Assembly: GCA_943788935.1 (NCBI GenBank)
Contig: CALSSE010000007.1
Span: 227,871 to 291,870 of the forward strand
Origin: an uncultured bacterium
GTDB lineage: Bacteria; Myxococcota_A; Bradymonadia; UBA7976; VGTA01
Direction of reading: 5' to 3'
Length of the DNA: 64,000 nucleotides
Numbering within the stretch: position 1 is the first letter of the stretch; each line of letters starts with the position of its first letter. Positions 40,578-49,396 of the stretch are shown here, piece by piece. A program made the translations under genes and the position numbers. Below the pieces are notes generated by a model, which was given only the letters and a program-made list of their open reading frames with translations, was not told the DNA's origin and made no database searches.

Positions 40578-41947
40578 TCGCAGACCCTCGGCTGATCATC
40601 ACAGATCGTCACACCGGGGTTATGACTGCAGTCCCAGTCTTCGCAGTCAGTGAAACCGTCACCGTCGTTATCAACTTGGTCATTGCAGCGAGCATTTGCT
40701 TCAGAGAGAGATCCAGCACTCTCCTGACAGACTTTCTTAACCTCTTCATCAGATGATCGACTGCAAGAGTATTCTTCACAATCTGTCTCACCATCATTAT
40801 CGTTGTCGATGCCATCGCTGCAACTCTCAACGGTCGCTTCACAATATGCCTTTACTTCAGGGTCATCGCTACGACTGCAGGAGTAGTCATCACAGTCGGT
40901 GAAGCCATTACGATCATTATCTTTACCGTCGCTGCATTTCTCAAGGCTGACCTCAAGAACAGAGTCGCAATAAGCGACGATTTCTAGATTATCACTCTGG
41001 CTACAAGAATAGTCGCCACAGTCGGTAAAGCCGTTACCATCATTATCCTCTCCATCTTGACACTGCTCTAGGGTGTTCTCACCAAGAGAGTTACAGTAGC
41101 TGACGATGTCTTGGTTATCGCTGCGTGAACAGCTAAAGTCTCCGCAGTCAACGTAGCCGTTGCCGTCGTTATCAATGCCATCTTGACATTGCTCTAGGGT
41201 GCTCTCACTGAGAGATTCGCAATAGCTGACAATCTCGGGATTATCGCTGCGTGAACAGCCAAAATCTCCGCAGTCGACGTAGCCGTTTCCGTCATTATCA
41301 CCGCCATCTTGGCAACGAGCTAAGGTGTTCTCTTCACCTTGTTCAACCTCAGTCGCAGGTTCTTCGCTCGCTGCGCTCTCTAGCATACACTCCTCATCTT
41401 CAGAGTCGATCTTTCCATCACGGTCATTATCGAAGCCATCTGAGCAAAGGTCCTCTCCTGTTTCTCTTGTCAGGCAGACGGTAACGTAGATTCCACGTCG
41501 GCAACCAAAGTCTTCACAGTCAGTGAAGCCATTATCATCATTGTCGATCCCATCACTACAGGTTTCATTAGTGAACTCTCGTCCACAGCACAGCTCAGCG
41601 ATTTTTTGGCATTTACGATCACCACAGTCGTAGTTACCGTCATCGTCATTGTCTTGCCCATCGGTGCAAAGTACGAAGGTGTTCTCTTCCTCGTAGACGG
41701 GATTTAGGGGGACATAGACGCCGCAGAGGGTCGACTTTTGAAGACAACCGGTGTCTGCACAGTCGATCAAACCATCGTTGTCGTTATCAATCCCATCACT
41801 GCAGGATGTATCATCAAACTCATAGCCCATGACTGGGAGAGGCGGTTTCTTAAAGCTCTCGCAGCTTAATAGGCTCAGCGATAGCATCACTAGAGCGATG
41901 AGAGAGAGTGAGCAGCTCAAATGCTCTTTGCATACGTGGCTCATCAT
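40574..41947 (-). CDS. Lipoprotein made almost entirely of Cys/Asp-rich repeats (~40-aa unit x ~8)
   Basis: A lipobox is present (LSLLSC). The repeated unit is C-x-DG-x-DND-x-[ND]G-[YF]-[TV]DC-x-D-[FY]-[GS]C-S-[RQ]-SD-x-x-[EI]-V-x-[AS]-YC. The stop/start overlaps with the neighbouring genes on both sides. Confidence 0.6.
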   Translation of the reverse strand: MMSHVCKEHLSCSLSLIALVMLSLSLLSCESFKKPPLPVMGYEFDDTSCSDGIDNDNDGLIDCADTGCLQKSTLCGVYVPLNPVYEEENTFVLCTDGQDNDDDGNYDCGDRKCQKIAELCCGREFTNETCSDGIDNDDNGFTDCEDFGCRRGIYVTVCLTRETGEDLCSDGFDNDRDGKIDSEDEECMLESAASEEPATEVEQGEENTLARCQDGGDNDGNGYVDCGDFGCSRSDNPEIVSYCESLSESTLEQCQDGIDNDGNGYVDCGDFSCSRSDNQDIVSYCNSLGENTLEQCQDGEDNDGNGFTDCGDYSCSQSDNLEIVAYCDSVLEVSLEKCSDGKDNDRNGFTDCDDYSCSRSDDPEVKAYCEATVESCSDGIDNDNDGETDCEEYSCSRSSDEEVKKVCQESAGSLSEANARCNDQVDNDGDGFTDCEDWDCSHNPGVTICDDQPRVCE

Positions 41948-42927
41948 TTAAGACACACTGCTCTGCTCGCGCCAAAGCGACGTCGGAAGTCTACATAAAG
42001 CATGCAGGTCTCTACATCAGATTGGGCGGCTTCAACCCAACCAGCGCTCTTCATCGCCTCAAAGGCGTTCTTTGCGTCCGCTGAGTGAGCGTCGTTCTTT
42101 ACTTTGATCTTGGCGCCACTGTCGAGTGCAGCGGTGACCGCCTCGATTTGCTCTGCTTCACTATACTTCTCAATCCAAGCGCTAAGCTCTTTGCGTTTGG
42201 CCCAACGTGCTGCAAAGCGTTTGTAACGATCCTCTTTGGAAGGTTTCCAGCACACATCTTGGCACTCTTTGTAGGCATCATCATGCTTCCACTTGAGTGA
42301 GTGTCCATCTACACTTGACACGAGACGGTTATAGGTTGCGCGGTCACCACTACGCTCACTCGTAGAGTGAAGTGAGGTCAATACGTACTCAGGGACGCCA
42401 TGTGCCCAAATTCCACGTTTATTGACAACTGCCTCTCGCTGAGCAGCGACCGCATGAGCTTCTGCTGACTCTGAAGTCACGGTCATCGCATGAGCAAGAC
42501 CTTTTTTGATCTGATCGACGACAAGGCCTGGACAGACCCAAAGATAGCGACCGTAGGTGTCTGTGCTCAAGTCTGAGGTACAGGTCCATACACCCTCGCG
42601 AGCATTGTAGGTTCCCATCTTTGCTAGCGCATAGAGTTCTTTCTTAGTCCAATCTCCCCAAGAGTGAACTGCGCCATAACTTTCGAGGGTGTTAAAACCC
42701 GCAAGACGCGCTTTACTCCCCTTGAGGTCGCCAGAGAGAACTCGGAAGCTGTCACCGTCATTGAAAAATACGGGGGCATCTTTACCGTTTAGTTTAACTC
42801 GTGTCCGAGGCGTCGCCTCTGCGAGGCTAGAGCTCAAGAGGGTCGCTACAGCGATCATACAGAGAAGAGGGCTCATCTTTGATGAGATTAGATTTAGGCT
42901 GAGCATAAGACCTCCAAGTGAATACAC
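41944..42927 (-). CDS. Secreted SNase/thermonuclease-like nuclease, paralog B, with a C-terminal extension
   Basis: A signal peptide is present. The stretch NDGDSFRVLSGDLKGSKARLAGFNTLESYGAVHSWGDW...YGRYLWVCP aligns with ORF 13883-14584 and with the SNase GDT...RL.G.D.PE / R motifs. Confidence 0.6.
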   Translation of the reverse strand: MYSLGGLMLSLNLISSKMSPLLCMIAVATLLSSSLAEATPRTRVKLNGKDAPVFFNDGDSFRVLSGDLKGSKARLAGFNTLESYGAVHSWGDWTKKELYALAKMGTYNAREGVWTCTSDLSTDTYGRYLWVCPGLVVDQIKKGLAHAMTVTSESAEAHAVAAQREAVVNKRGIWAHGVPEYVLTSLHSTSERSGDRATYNRLVSSVDGHSLKWKHDDAYKECQDVCWKPSKEDRYKRFAARWAKRKELSAWIEKYSEAEQIEAVTAALDSGAKIKVKNDAHSADAKNAFEAMKSAGWVEAAQSDVETCMLYVDFRRRFGASRAVCLK

Positions 42928-43141
42928 GAGTGGGTATCAGTGTGGGTATGAGTGCTGCGACTATTAGGGAGAGATGACCCTAAAGTCAATATCCGCCATG
43001 TATCTAACGATGTTAGGGAGCGGTGATGTCTAGCGCTTAGAGTCGCGCTTCAGTTTACAGCGCTTCAGTTTATAGGTATCAATGTCATCGACAACAATAA
43101 GTTCATCATGCTCGTTATGAGCATATGAGAGGAGCGTTATC

Positions 43142-43711
43142 ATGAACTCTTTATCGACCCCTAGGCAAGCAAGACAGAGTATATTCGTCATATCCCTGCT
43201 GCTCGTCTGTGCTTGTTCAAGGTCGCCATACGAGGGAGCGAGCAATTATGACTGTCAAGGCGGAGATCGATTGATCCTCAATGAGAGATTGTTTTGTGTC
43301 TACACAGAGCCCAGGATGAGCAGACCGGAGCCACAAGCAGCGGGTGAAGAGGAGACAGCAGCGGGTGAAGAGGAGATAGCAGCGGGTGAAGCGACAGGAG
43401 GAGAGTCTGCCGAGGTGGAGATGATCCTCGCTGATGACCCTCTCTATTGTCCACCAGAAGTACCTGTTTCCCAAGGGTATGAGACGCTCGTCATCTGCGC
43501 TGAGGAAGAGGTGAGCGCGCCCCTTCTTGAGGCGGTGGTCGCTGAATGGGGGTCTCTATACCTCACCGCTGAGGGCGGAGATCAGACGAGTGATATGGGG
43601 ATGTCCAACGTCGATGTTCAAGTCACTGATACTCAATCTACTGATGCTCAAGTCACTGATGAAGAGAGTATAGGTGTTGATCCACTACTTGACTACGCGG
43701 TCACTGAGTAG
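43142..43711 (+). CDS. Hypothetical acidic lipoprotein with an (AAGEEE) repeat
   Basis: A lipobox is present (LLLVCACS). A 21-bp DNA repeat encodes AAGEEETAAGEEEIAAGE. Confidence 0.45.
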   Translation: MNSLSTPRQARQSIFVISLLLVCACSRSPYEGASNYDCQGGDRLILNERLFCVYTEPRMSRPEPQAAGEEETAAGEEEIAAGEATGGESAEVEMILADDPLYCPPEVPVSQGYETLVICAEEEVSAPLLEAVVAEWGSLYLTAEGGDQTSDMGMSNVDVQVTDTQSTDAQVTDEESIGVDPLLDYAVTE

Positions 43712-44642
43712 CGAGCTGTGAGTCTCTCGCGTTGAGCTTGGCGCGGATCACTAAAAGGGCGATCCCTGAGCAAAAGACAACCCCGAGGCTGATAAACTGT
43801 GAGGTAGATAAGAAGGTCACACTCCCTACGGGTAGACCTAGAAACTGATTGAGTGGCTCATAGACGACTCTCGCGATAAAGCCTCGCTCGCTGTCTCCTC
43901 GGAAGAGCTCTACGATTGAGCGCATCAGTGGATAGAGGAAGAGCCACCACATGAATACTTGGCCATGATAGCGCTTATTTCGACGAATCCAAGTGAGGAC
44001 GATAAAGAGGCCTAGACCATAAAGACTGTCGTAGATCTGAGTCGGGTGGATCGCTAAAGCGTGCTCAGCGTTAGCGCTGATAAGATGCTGTTCAACATGT
44101 TGCCTAAAGACCATCGATCGACGAGGGAACTCTATCCCCCAAGAGAGGTCAGTGACTTTACCCCAACAGCAACCAGCGGCTAAGCAACCCATGCGCCCAA
44201 AGAATTGACCGATGGCGAAAGCGGGCATCAGCGCGTCAGCTAATGGTAAGAGCTTGACCTTATAACGTCGACTGAACCACATTAAGACCAAGAAGCCCCC
44301 TAAGAAGGCTCCATAGAAGACTAAACCACCGCTCCAAACGGCGATGAGCGGCCAACAATCAGCTTCTGCGAGCTGAGCACTGGGGTTTAGAGTGTTGTAA
44401 TATTCATAATCAACACAGGGATACCAATGGTCTTGCCAGTTAACGATCATGAAGATCACTCTCGCCCCTAGATAGCCACCAAGTATGAGCCACCAACAGA
44501 GGTCGAGGAGCGTGAGCCTATTGAGTCCGGCCTGGTCTCCATAGCGGACCACGAGCCATATCCCCATCACACACCCTAGAGTGATCATGAGAGAATATAA
44601 ATAAAGAGGGTAATTCCCTATTTCAAAGAGGATCGGATGCAT
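43701..44642 (-). CDS. lgt: Prolipoprotein diacylglyceryl transferase
   Basis: The protein is multi-TM. The conserved Lgt regions are GQFFGRMGCLAAGCCWG and HPTQIYDSLYG. Confidence 0.75.
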   Translation of the reverse strand: MHPILFEIGNYPLYLYSLMITLGCVMGIWLVVRYGDQAGLNRLTLLDLCWWLILGGYLGARVIFMIVNWQDHWYPCVDYEYYNTLNPSAQLAEADCWPLIAVWSGGLVFYGAFLGGFLVLMWFSRRYKVKLLPLADALMPAFAIGQFFGRMGCLAAGCCWGKVTDLSWGIEFPRRSMVFRQHVEQHLISANAEHALAIHPTQIYDSLYGLGLFIVLTWIRRNKRYHGQVFMWWLFLYPLMRSIVELFRGDSERGFIARVVYEPLNQFLGLPVGSVTFLSTSQFISLGVVFCSGIALLVIRAKLNARDSQLATQ

Positions 44643-44646
44643 CTGT

Positions 44647-46797
44647 TTACCAAATTTTTACGCGTTGAGCGGGTGGGAGGTAGAGTTGGTCATTTGTGGT
44701 GACGCCGAAGGCTTCATAGAACGCAGGCATCTGCCTAATGATTCCAGTGACTCTATACATCGCTGGAGAGTGAGGGTCGGTGAGCAGACGACGCCTAAGC
44801 TCTTGATCTCGATATTTACACGCCCATACCTGCGCCCAGCTGAGGAAGAATCGTTGGGGCCCGGTGAAGTTATCTAGGATAGCCGCTTCATGCCCCTTTA
44901 AAGAGAGGAGATAAGCGCGATAAGCGATAGTTAAGCCTCCTAAATCCCCAATATTTTCTCCGAGAGTTAGGGCCCCGTTAATCTTCATATCCTCTAGCGG
45001 TGTGTAGCTCTCATAGTGAGCAGATAGCTTGCTCGCCCTCTCTGTGAATCGAGAGGCGTCTTCTGTGGTCCACCAGTCGGTGAGCCGGCCCTCACCATCT
45101 GATTTACGACCTTGATCGTCGAAACCATGGCTGATCTCATGACCGATAACAGCGCCGATCCCTCCATAATTGACAGCATCATCGGCCTCCATATTGAAGA
45201 AGGGTGGTTGGAGGATCGCTGCTGGGAAGACAATCTCATTCATTGAAGGGTTATAGTAAGCGTTCACCATCTGTGGGGGCATGAACCACTCTTCACGATC
45301 GATCGGTTTCCCGAGCTTACTGAGCTCCCGATGTAAGCTAAAGAGGCTAGCGCGCTTGGCGTTTCCGATGAGCTCATCTGCTTTGATGGTGAGCGCGCTA
45401 TAGTCTCGCCAACGATTGGGATATCCGATCTTTACAGTGAAATGGTCGAGCTTGGTGAGCGCTGCTGTCTTCGTCTCGCTCCCCATCCATTCCAAGCCCT
45501 TTACCGCTGATCTAAAGGCGACCAATAGATTCTGTACTAAAGCCTCCATCCTCTTCTTGGCAGCGGGCTTAAAATGTCTAGCGACATAGATCTTGCCAAG
45601 CGCTTCTCCTAGAATCTTCTCTACATGCCCGATCCCTCTCTTCCAGCGGGGCTCATTCTTCTCTTTACCGCTCAGCTGCTCACCATAAAAGTGAAAGTGA
45701 AGCGTGACCCATTCTCGGCTCATCAGAGGAGCGAAGTGAGTGAGTAACCGGGCGCTGAGATACGCTCTCCAGACCGCTATATCAGTCTTTTGAATGATGA
45801 GCGCTAGGGCCTTAAAGAAACTTGGCTGTCTGAGGACTACCTCTGAGATCTTTGGAGCGTGTTCGCTGCTCATCGATTGAAAGAACACCGTCCAATCAAT
45901 CTCTGCTTGAGCGCTGAGCTCTTTGAGGCTGTACTTGTTATATGTCTTCTCTCTTTGTCGACTCTCGGCCCGAGTCCATTGAGCCTCGGCGATCGCAGTC
46001 TCCAAGCTGACCACCTGTGCAGCGAGCGCTTTGCTCTTAACGCTTAGACTCGGTATCCCCGATTGCTTAAAGAGCTGAGTTAGGTATTCAGTGTATTGAC
46101 CCCGAGTCTCTTTGAGTTTTTTGTCGTCTTTAAGATAATAATCTCGGTCGGGTAATCCAAGCCCACTTTGAGTTAAGTAGAGGGTGTAAGCGGTTGGATT
46201 CTTGGCATCTTGATCGATCCATCCTTCGATGGGACTCGATGAGCCATTACGCCAGGTCTCTCCAAAGTGACGCATAAGGTCGTGAGGGGTCTTAAGGGCC
46301 TGGATCAGAGAGAGATCTTCTTTGAGTGGTTCGGTCCCAAGCGCTTCTAAACGGCTCTTATCCATAAATGCTTTATAAGCGTCGCTGACTTTTTGAGTCT
46401 CTGCACTGTTTGAAGCCTTCTGAGCTGTGGAGGTGTTGAGTTCTAAGATAATCGTCTTCAGTTGGTCTCGGGCTCTCTCATTAAGATCATTAAACACCCC
46501 ATACCTTGACTTCTCTGGGGGGAGCTTAAAGGTCTTGAGCCACGTGCCATTCACATATTGATAAAAATCATCTTGGGGACGAACGCTCTGATCAAAACGC
46601 TCTAGCGTCAGTCCGGATATCAGCGCAGACGCTCGACTTTTAGCTTGAGCAGAAGAGGTCTGATTTAGCCCAGTCGCCCCCTTCTCAAGCGCCCTATCAT
46701 CAGCATATACTCTCGCGCGAGGTGAGAGCATACAGAGCACAATTAAGAGAGTACTAAAGGCATAACGAGAAGGTGGAGGTGAGCAGAATGTCATCAA
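44647..46797 (-). CDS. M13-family (neprilysin/PepO-like) zinc metalloendopeptidase
   Basis: A signal peptide is present. The zinc motifs are VIGHEISHGFD (HExxH) and GENIGDLGGL (ENxADxGG-like). The 716-aa length fits the family. Confidence 0.8.
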   Translation of the reverse strand: MMTFCSPPPSRYAFSTLLIVLCMLSPRARVYADDRALEKGATGLNQTSSAQAKSRASALISGLTLERFDQSVRPQDDFYQYVNGTWLKTFKLPPEKSRYGVFNDLNERARDQLKTIILELNTSTAQKASNSAETQKVSDAYKAFMDKSRLEALGTEPLKEDLSLIQALKTPHDLMRHFGETWRNGSSSPIEGWIDQDAKNPTAYTLYLTQSGLGLPDRDYYLKDDKKLKETRGQYTEYLTQLFKQSGIPSLSVKSKALAAQVVSLETAIAEAQWTRAESRQREKTYNKYSLKELSAQAEIDWTVFFQSMSSEHAPKISEVVLRQPSFFKALALIIQKTDIAVWRAYLSARLLTHFAPLMSREWVTLHFHFYGEQLSGKEKNEPRWKRGIGHVEKILGEALGKIYVARHFKPAAKKRMEALVQNLLVAFRSAVKGLEWMGSETKTAALTKLDHFTVKIGYPNRWRDYSALTIKADELIGNAKRASLFSLHRELSKLGKPIDREEWFMPPQMVNAYYNPSMNEIVFPAAILQPPFFNMEADDAVNYGGIGAVIGHEISHGFDDQGRKSDGEGRLTDWWTTEDASRFTERASKLSAHYESYTPLEDMKINGALTLGENIGDLGGLTIAYRAYLLSLKGHEAAILDNFTGPQRFFLSWAQVWACKYRDQELRRRLLTDPHSPAMYRVTGIIRQMPAFYEAFGVTTNDQLYLPPAQRVKIW

Positions 46798-46941
46798 TAA
46801 AATCCCTATTTAAAAAACCAGCAGATAAAAACAACAGACTTGTACCATATATGAGACAAAGGTAAGGGTATATTTAACCCACGCAATGTGAGTTGAGATA
46901 CTGTCTTTATCCTCTTATGTCATTGTAGGTGAGGGAGCACA

Positions 46942-47838
46942 ATGTCAAAGCGTAAACCCAAAAAAAGTCGGAAGAAGTCTAAGCCAAGCCGGAAGAGAAG
47001 AGAGGCTAAGGTTCAGCAGAAGTCGGTCCGAGAGGTTCAGACAGAGAAGCGCTCTCAGAGGCTACGGCTCAAGGTGGGCGAGCAGCGGAGTCGCCTGACG
47101 CAGTGGTATCTCTCCAAATCTATGGTGGCTAGGGTCACTTTAGGCTTGGTGATCATCCCTCTTCTTATAGCGCTCTTCCTCTTGCAAGGGATTATCTTAC
47201 CTTTTGTTGCCGCGGCTTTCGCGATCTTTATTACGATCAGTAAAGTGGCTTTGGTGTGGCTCAAAGGCGGAGCTTTTATCGTTTATATAAGCTATAAGGT
47301 CTTCAAGGCTCTCCTCGGGGTTTATTACTGTGTCAGTAGAACTCTTAGCGGTTGGAAAGCTGATCGGTTGCGTCATCAACAAGCTCGTCTCCCTATGGTT
47401 AAAGAGGCAGAATATCCAGCTCTGGCGATAGAAGGTCTGGAAGCGGAGAGCATTGAGTTGAACGCCTCTTGGAAGACCTTATCGGTTAAGACCGATGAGA
47501 CGGAGCATAAGCTGCTCTTCTCATATCTCCGATATTTTATCATCGGGCAGTTCTTTATGTATCAATCATTTTGGAAAGATCGTGTCGCATACTTGACTCT
47601 CTGGCGAGAGGTGAGTCGTCAACGGGTCAAAGAGATATTCGCTTATATAGGTCAAACTATTTTCACTCCCCATCTGTTGGGAGCTCACATTAACTCTAAA
47701 CGCCTACTCATCCCCGGTGATAGTCGTTTAGTTAATATGAGCCCCAGCGTCTCTCGATCAGATCAGATAGAATATACCTTTGAGGTTGTCTGGAAAGAGT
47801 GGAGCTTCTCTAAGCAGTGGCCCTTCTTGCATGCCTAG
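46942..47838 (+). CDS. Hypothetical membrane protein with a Lys/Arg-rich N-terminus
   Basis: The N-terminus MSKRKPKKSRKKSKPSRKRREAK is followed by 2-3 TM helices. No known domain was recognised. Confidence 0.4.
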   Translation: MSKRKPKKSRKKSKPSRKRREAKVQQKSVREVQTEKRSQRLRLKVGEQRSRLTQWYLSKSMVARVTLGLVIIPLLIALFLLQGIILPFVAAAFAIFITISKVALVWLKGGAFIVYISYKVFKALLGVYYCVSRTLSGWKADRLRHQQARLPMVKEAEYPALAIEGLEAESIELNASWKTLSVKTDETEHKLLFSYLRYFIIGQFFMYQSFWKDRVAYLTLWREVSRQRVKEIFAYIGQTIFTPHLLGAHINSKRLLIPGDSRLVNMSPSVSRSDQIEYTFEVVWKEWSFSKQWPFLHA

Positions 47839-47959
47839 CTCGGAGAGCACTCAGTGGTCGGTGGCGGTGGATGCCTCTCTCGACTCGACCTCAATGGATA
47901 AGATAGGCTATGTATTAAGAACCATAGACAGAGGGTTGGATGGAGCTGAGGAGTAGGTA

Positions 47960-49396
47960 ATGAATAGAGTACACAATTCAACTCAGAAGATAGCTCAGAA
48001 CATGACTCGAAAGATAACTCAGCTAGCTCTCTCAAAGAGCGCGAGGTACAGACTCTTTGGGCAGACTAGACTGGTCACCACCCTCATGGCCTTTGGTCTT
48101 ATTAGCCTGACGACAAGTGGGTGTGTTGAGATCGCCGAGGTCAAACTAGACGCTTTTATAGGGATGTCGACCCCTGGGAATGGAGAAGACTTAGGAGAGC
48201 TCGCTCCTCTTGGAGAGAGCCGTCTCCTTCATTTTCAAACGACCTCCGGAGCTCGGGCTTTAAGCATCTCTGACCAGCGACTCAATACACTCTGTGAAGC
48301 GGGGAGCGCTCGTCTCAGCGGAGACGCAGAGAGAATGCTCTGCCTCCCCGATACTGACGCTACTCCTCTTCAATTTATCGATCGTTTCTCCGGTTCATTG
48401 ATCATGAGCTTAGGTGAATGGACCGAGAGCTCAGAGGCCAGCCCCACGCTACCACGATCTGGGAGCGCGTTCGCATCTCCGATCAAGATCCCTGAGCAGA
48501 TAGATCATATCGCTGTCTATAATGATTTCGCGCAAGAGGTCGGTCGAATTAAATCTCTCACTCTCCACGGCTTTATTGGACCAGATCACCTAGTGATTAA
48601 TTCTCCGGCCGAAATCTGGAGCTTCAATGCTGAGCCTCAAGGAGGTCTCACTATCGAAGAAGAAGAGCCTGAGCCTGTGGTGACCACCATCGGGACGAGA
48701 GATTTCAAACGCCATGATTTCCCTCCTTATGGTGTCCTCTATGATGAGCAGAATTTACTCTATTTTTTAGGGGTCGATCAAACAGCCTCGGTTAAAGTTG
48801 GAGTGGGCGAGTTGATCGGTACTGGAGAGCGACGAGCCATCACTCTCTATCGGGAGCGAGGCTCTCCTACCAAACTTAATGTGTATGCTCTTGACACAGA
48901 AGCCAATGCCCCTGCCCTTCACAGTCTTGATCTACCGACGGGTAGTTTTGGCCAAAACTATCGGGCGAAGATGATCGGGCGAGATAAGGTTCTCTTCGAG
49001 GCTTACCGGACTCGTACATGTGATGATCGGGTAGAATACCCGGTAGAGACTTTATTGATCGACCTTAAAAGTGAGCGAATTATCACTATCAATGATAGCC
49101 AGGAGCCGCATCAAGTAGTGGTCGGTGGAGAGGGTCGATTTGGGTTGATCAGCTATCTAGATAATTGTGGGAGAGCGATGGGGACAGGAGAGTTATATGA
49201 TCTAAGAGAGAAAGAGACTCGAGCCCTCCCTGAGGTGATGAGAGGGAGCGTAAAAGAGGTCGCAGTCAGCTCGAGAGGAGGCTATCTCGCCGTGATGTCA
49301 GATGACACTGTGTGGCTTTTAGATGGTTCGAGTCTCGAGCACCAGGTCGTCCTCTCCAATGAGCAGATGGTTGGGGAGCTGAGGTTTAATCCGTGA
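47960..49396 (+). CDS. Hypothetical exported protein
   Basis: It is a 478-aa ORF with a hydrophobic N-terminal segment near a Cys (LISLTTSGCVE). No domain was recognised. Its stop overlaps the murB start. Confidence 0.4.
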   Translation: MNRVHNSTQKIAQNMTRKITQLALSKSARYRLFGQTRLVTTLMAFGLISLTTSGCVEIAEVKLDAFIGMSTPGNGEDLGELAPLGESRLLHFQTTSGARALSISDQRLNTLCEAGSARLSGDAERMLCLPDTDATPLQFIDRFSGSLIMSLGEWTESSEASPTLPRSGSAFASPIKIPEQIDHIAVYNDFAQEVGRIKSLTLHGFIGPDHLVINSPAEIWSFNAEPQGGLTIEEEEPEPVVTTIGTRDFKRHDFPPYGVLYDEQNLLYFLGVDQTASVKVGVGELIGTGERRAITLYRERGSPTKLNVYALDTEANAPALHSLDLPTGSFGQNYRAKMIGRDKVLFEAYRTRTCDDRVEYPVETLLIDLKSERIITINDSQEPHQVVVGGEGRFGLISYLDNCGRAMGTGELYDLREKETRALPEVMRGSVKEVAVSSRGGYLAVMSDDTVWLLDGSSLEHQVVLSNEQMVGELRFNP

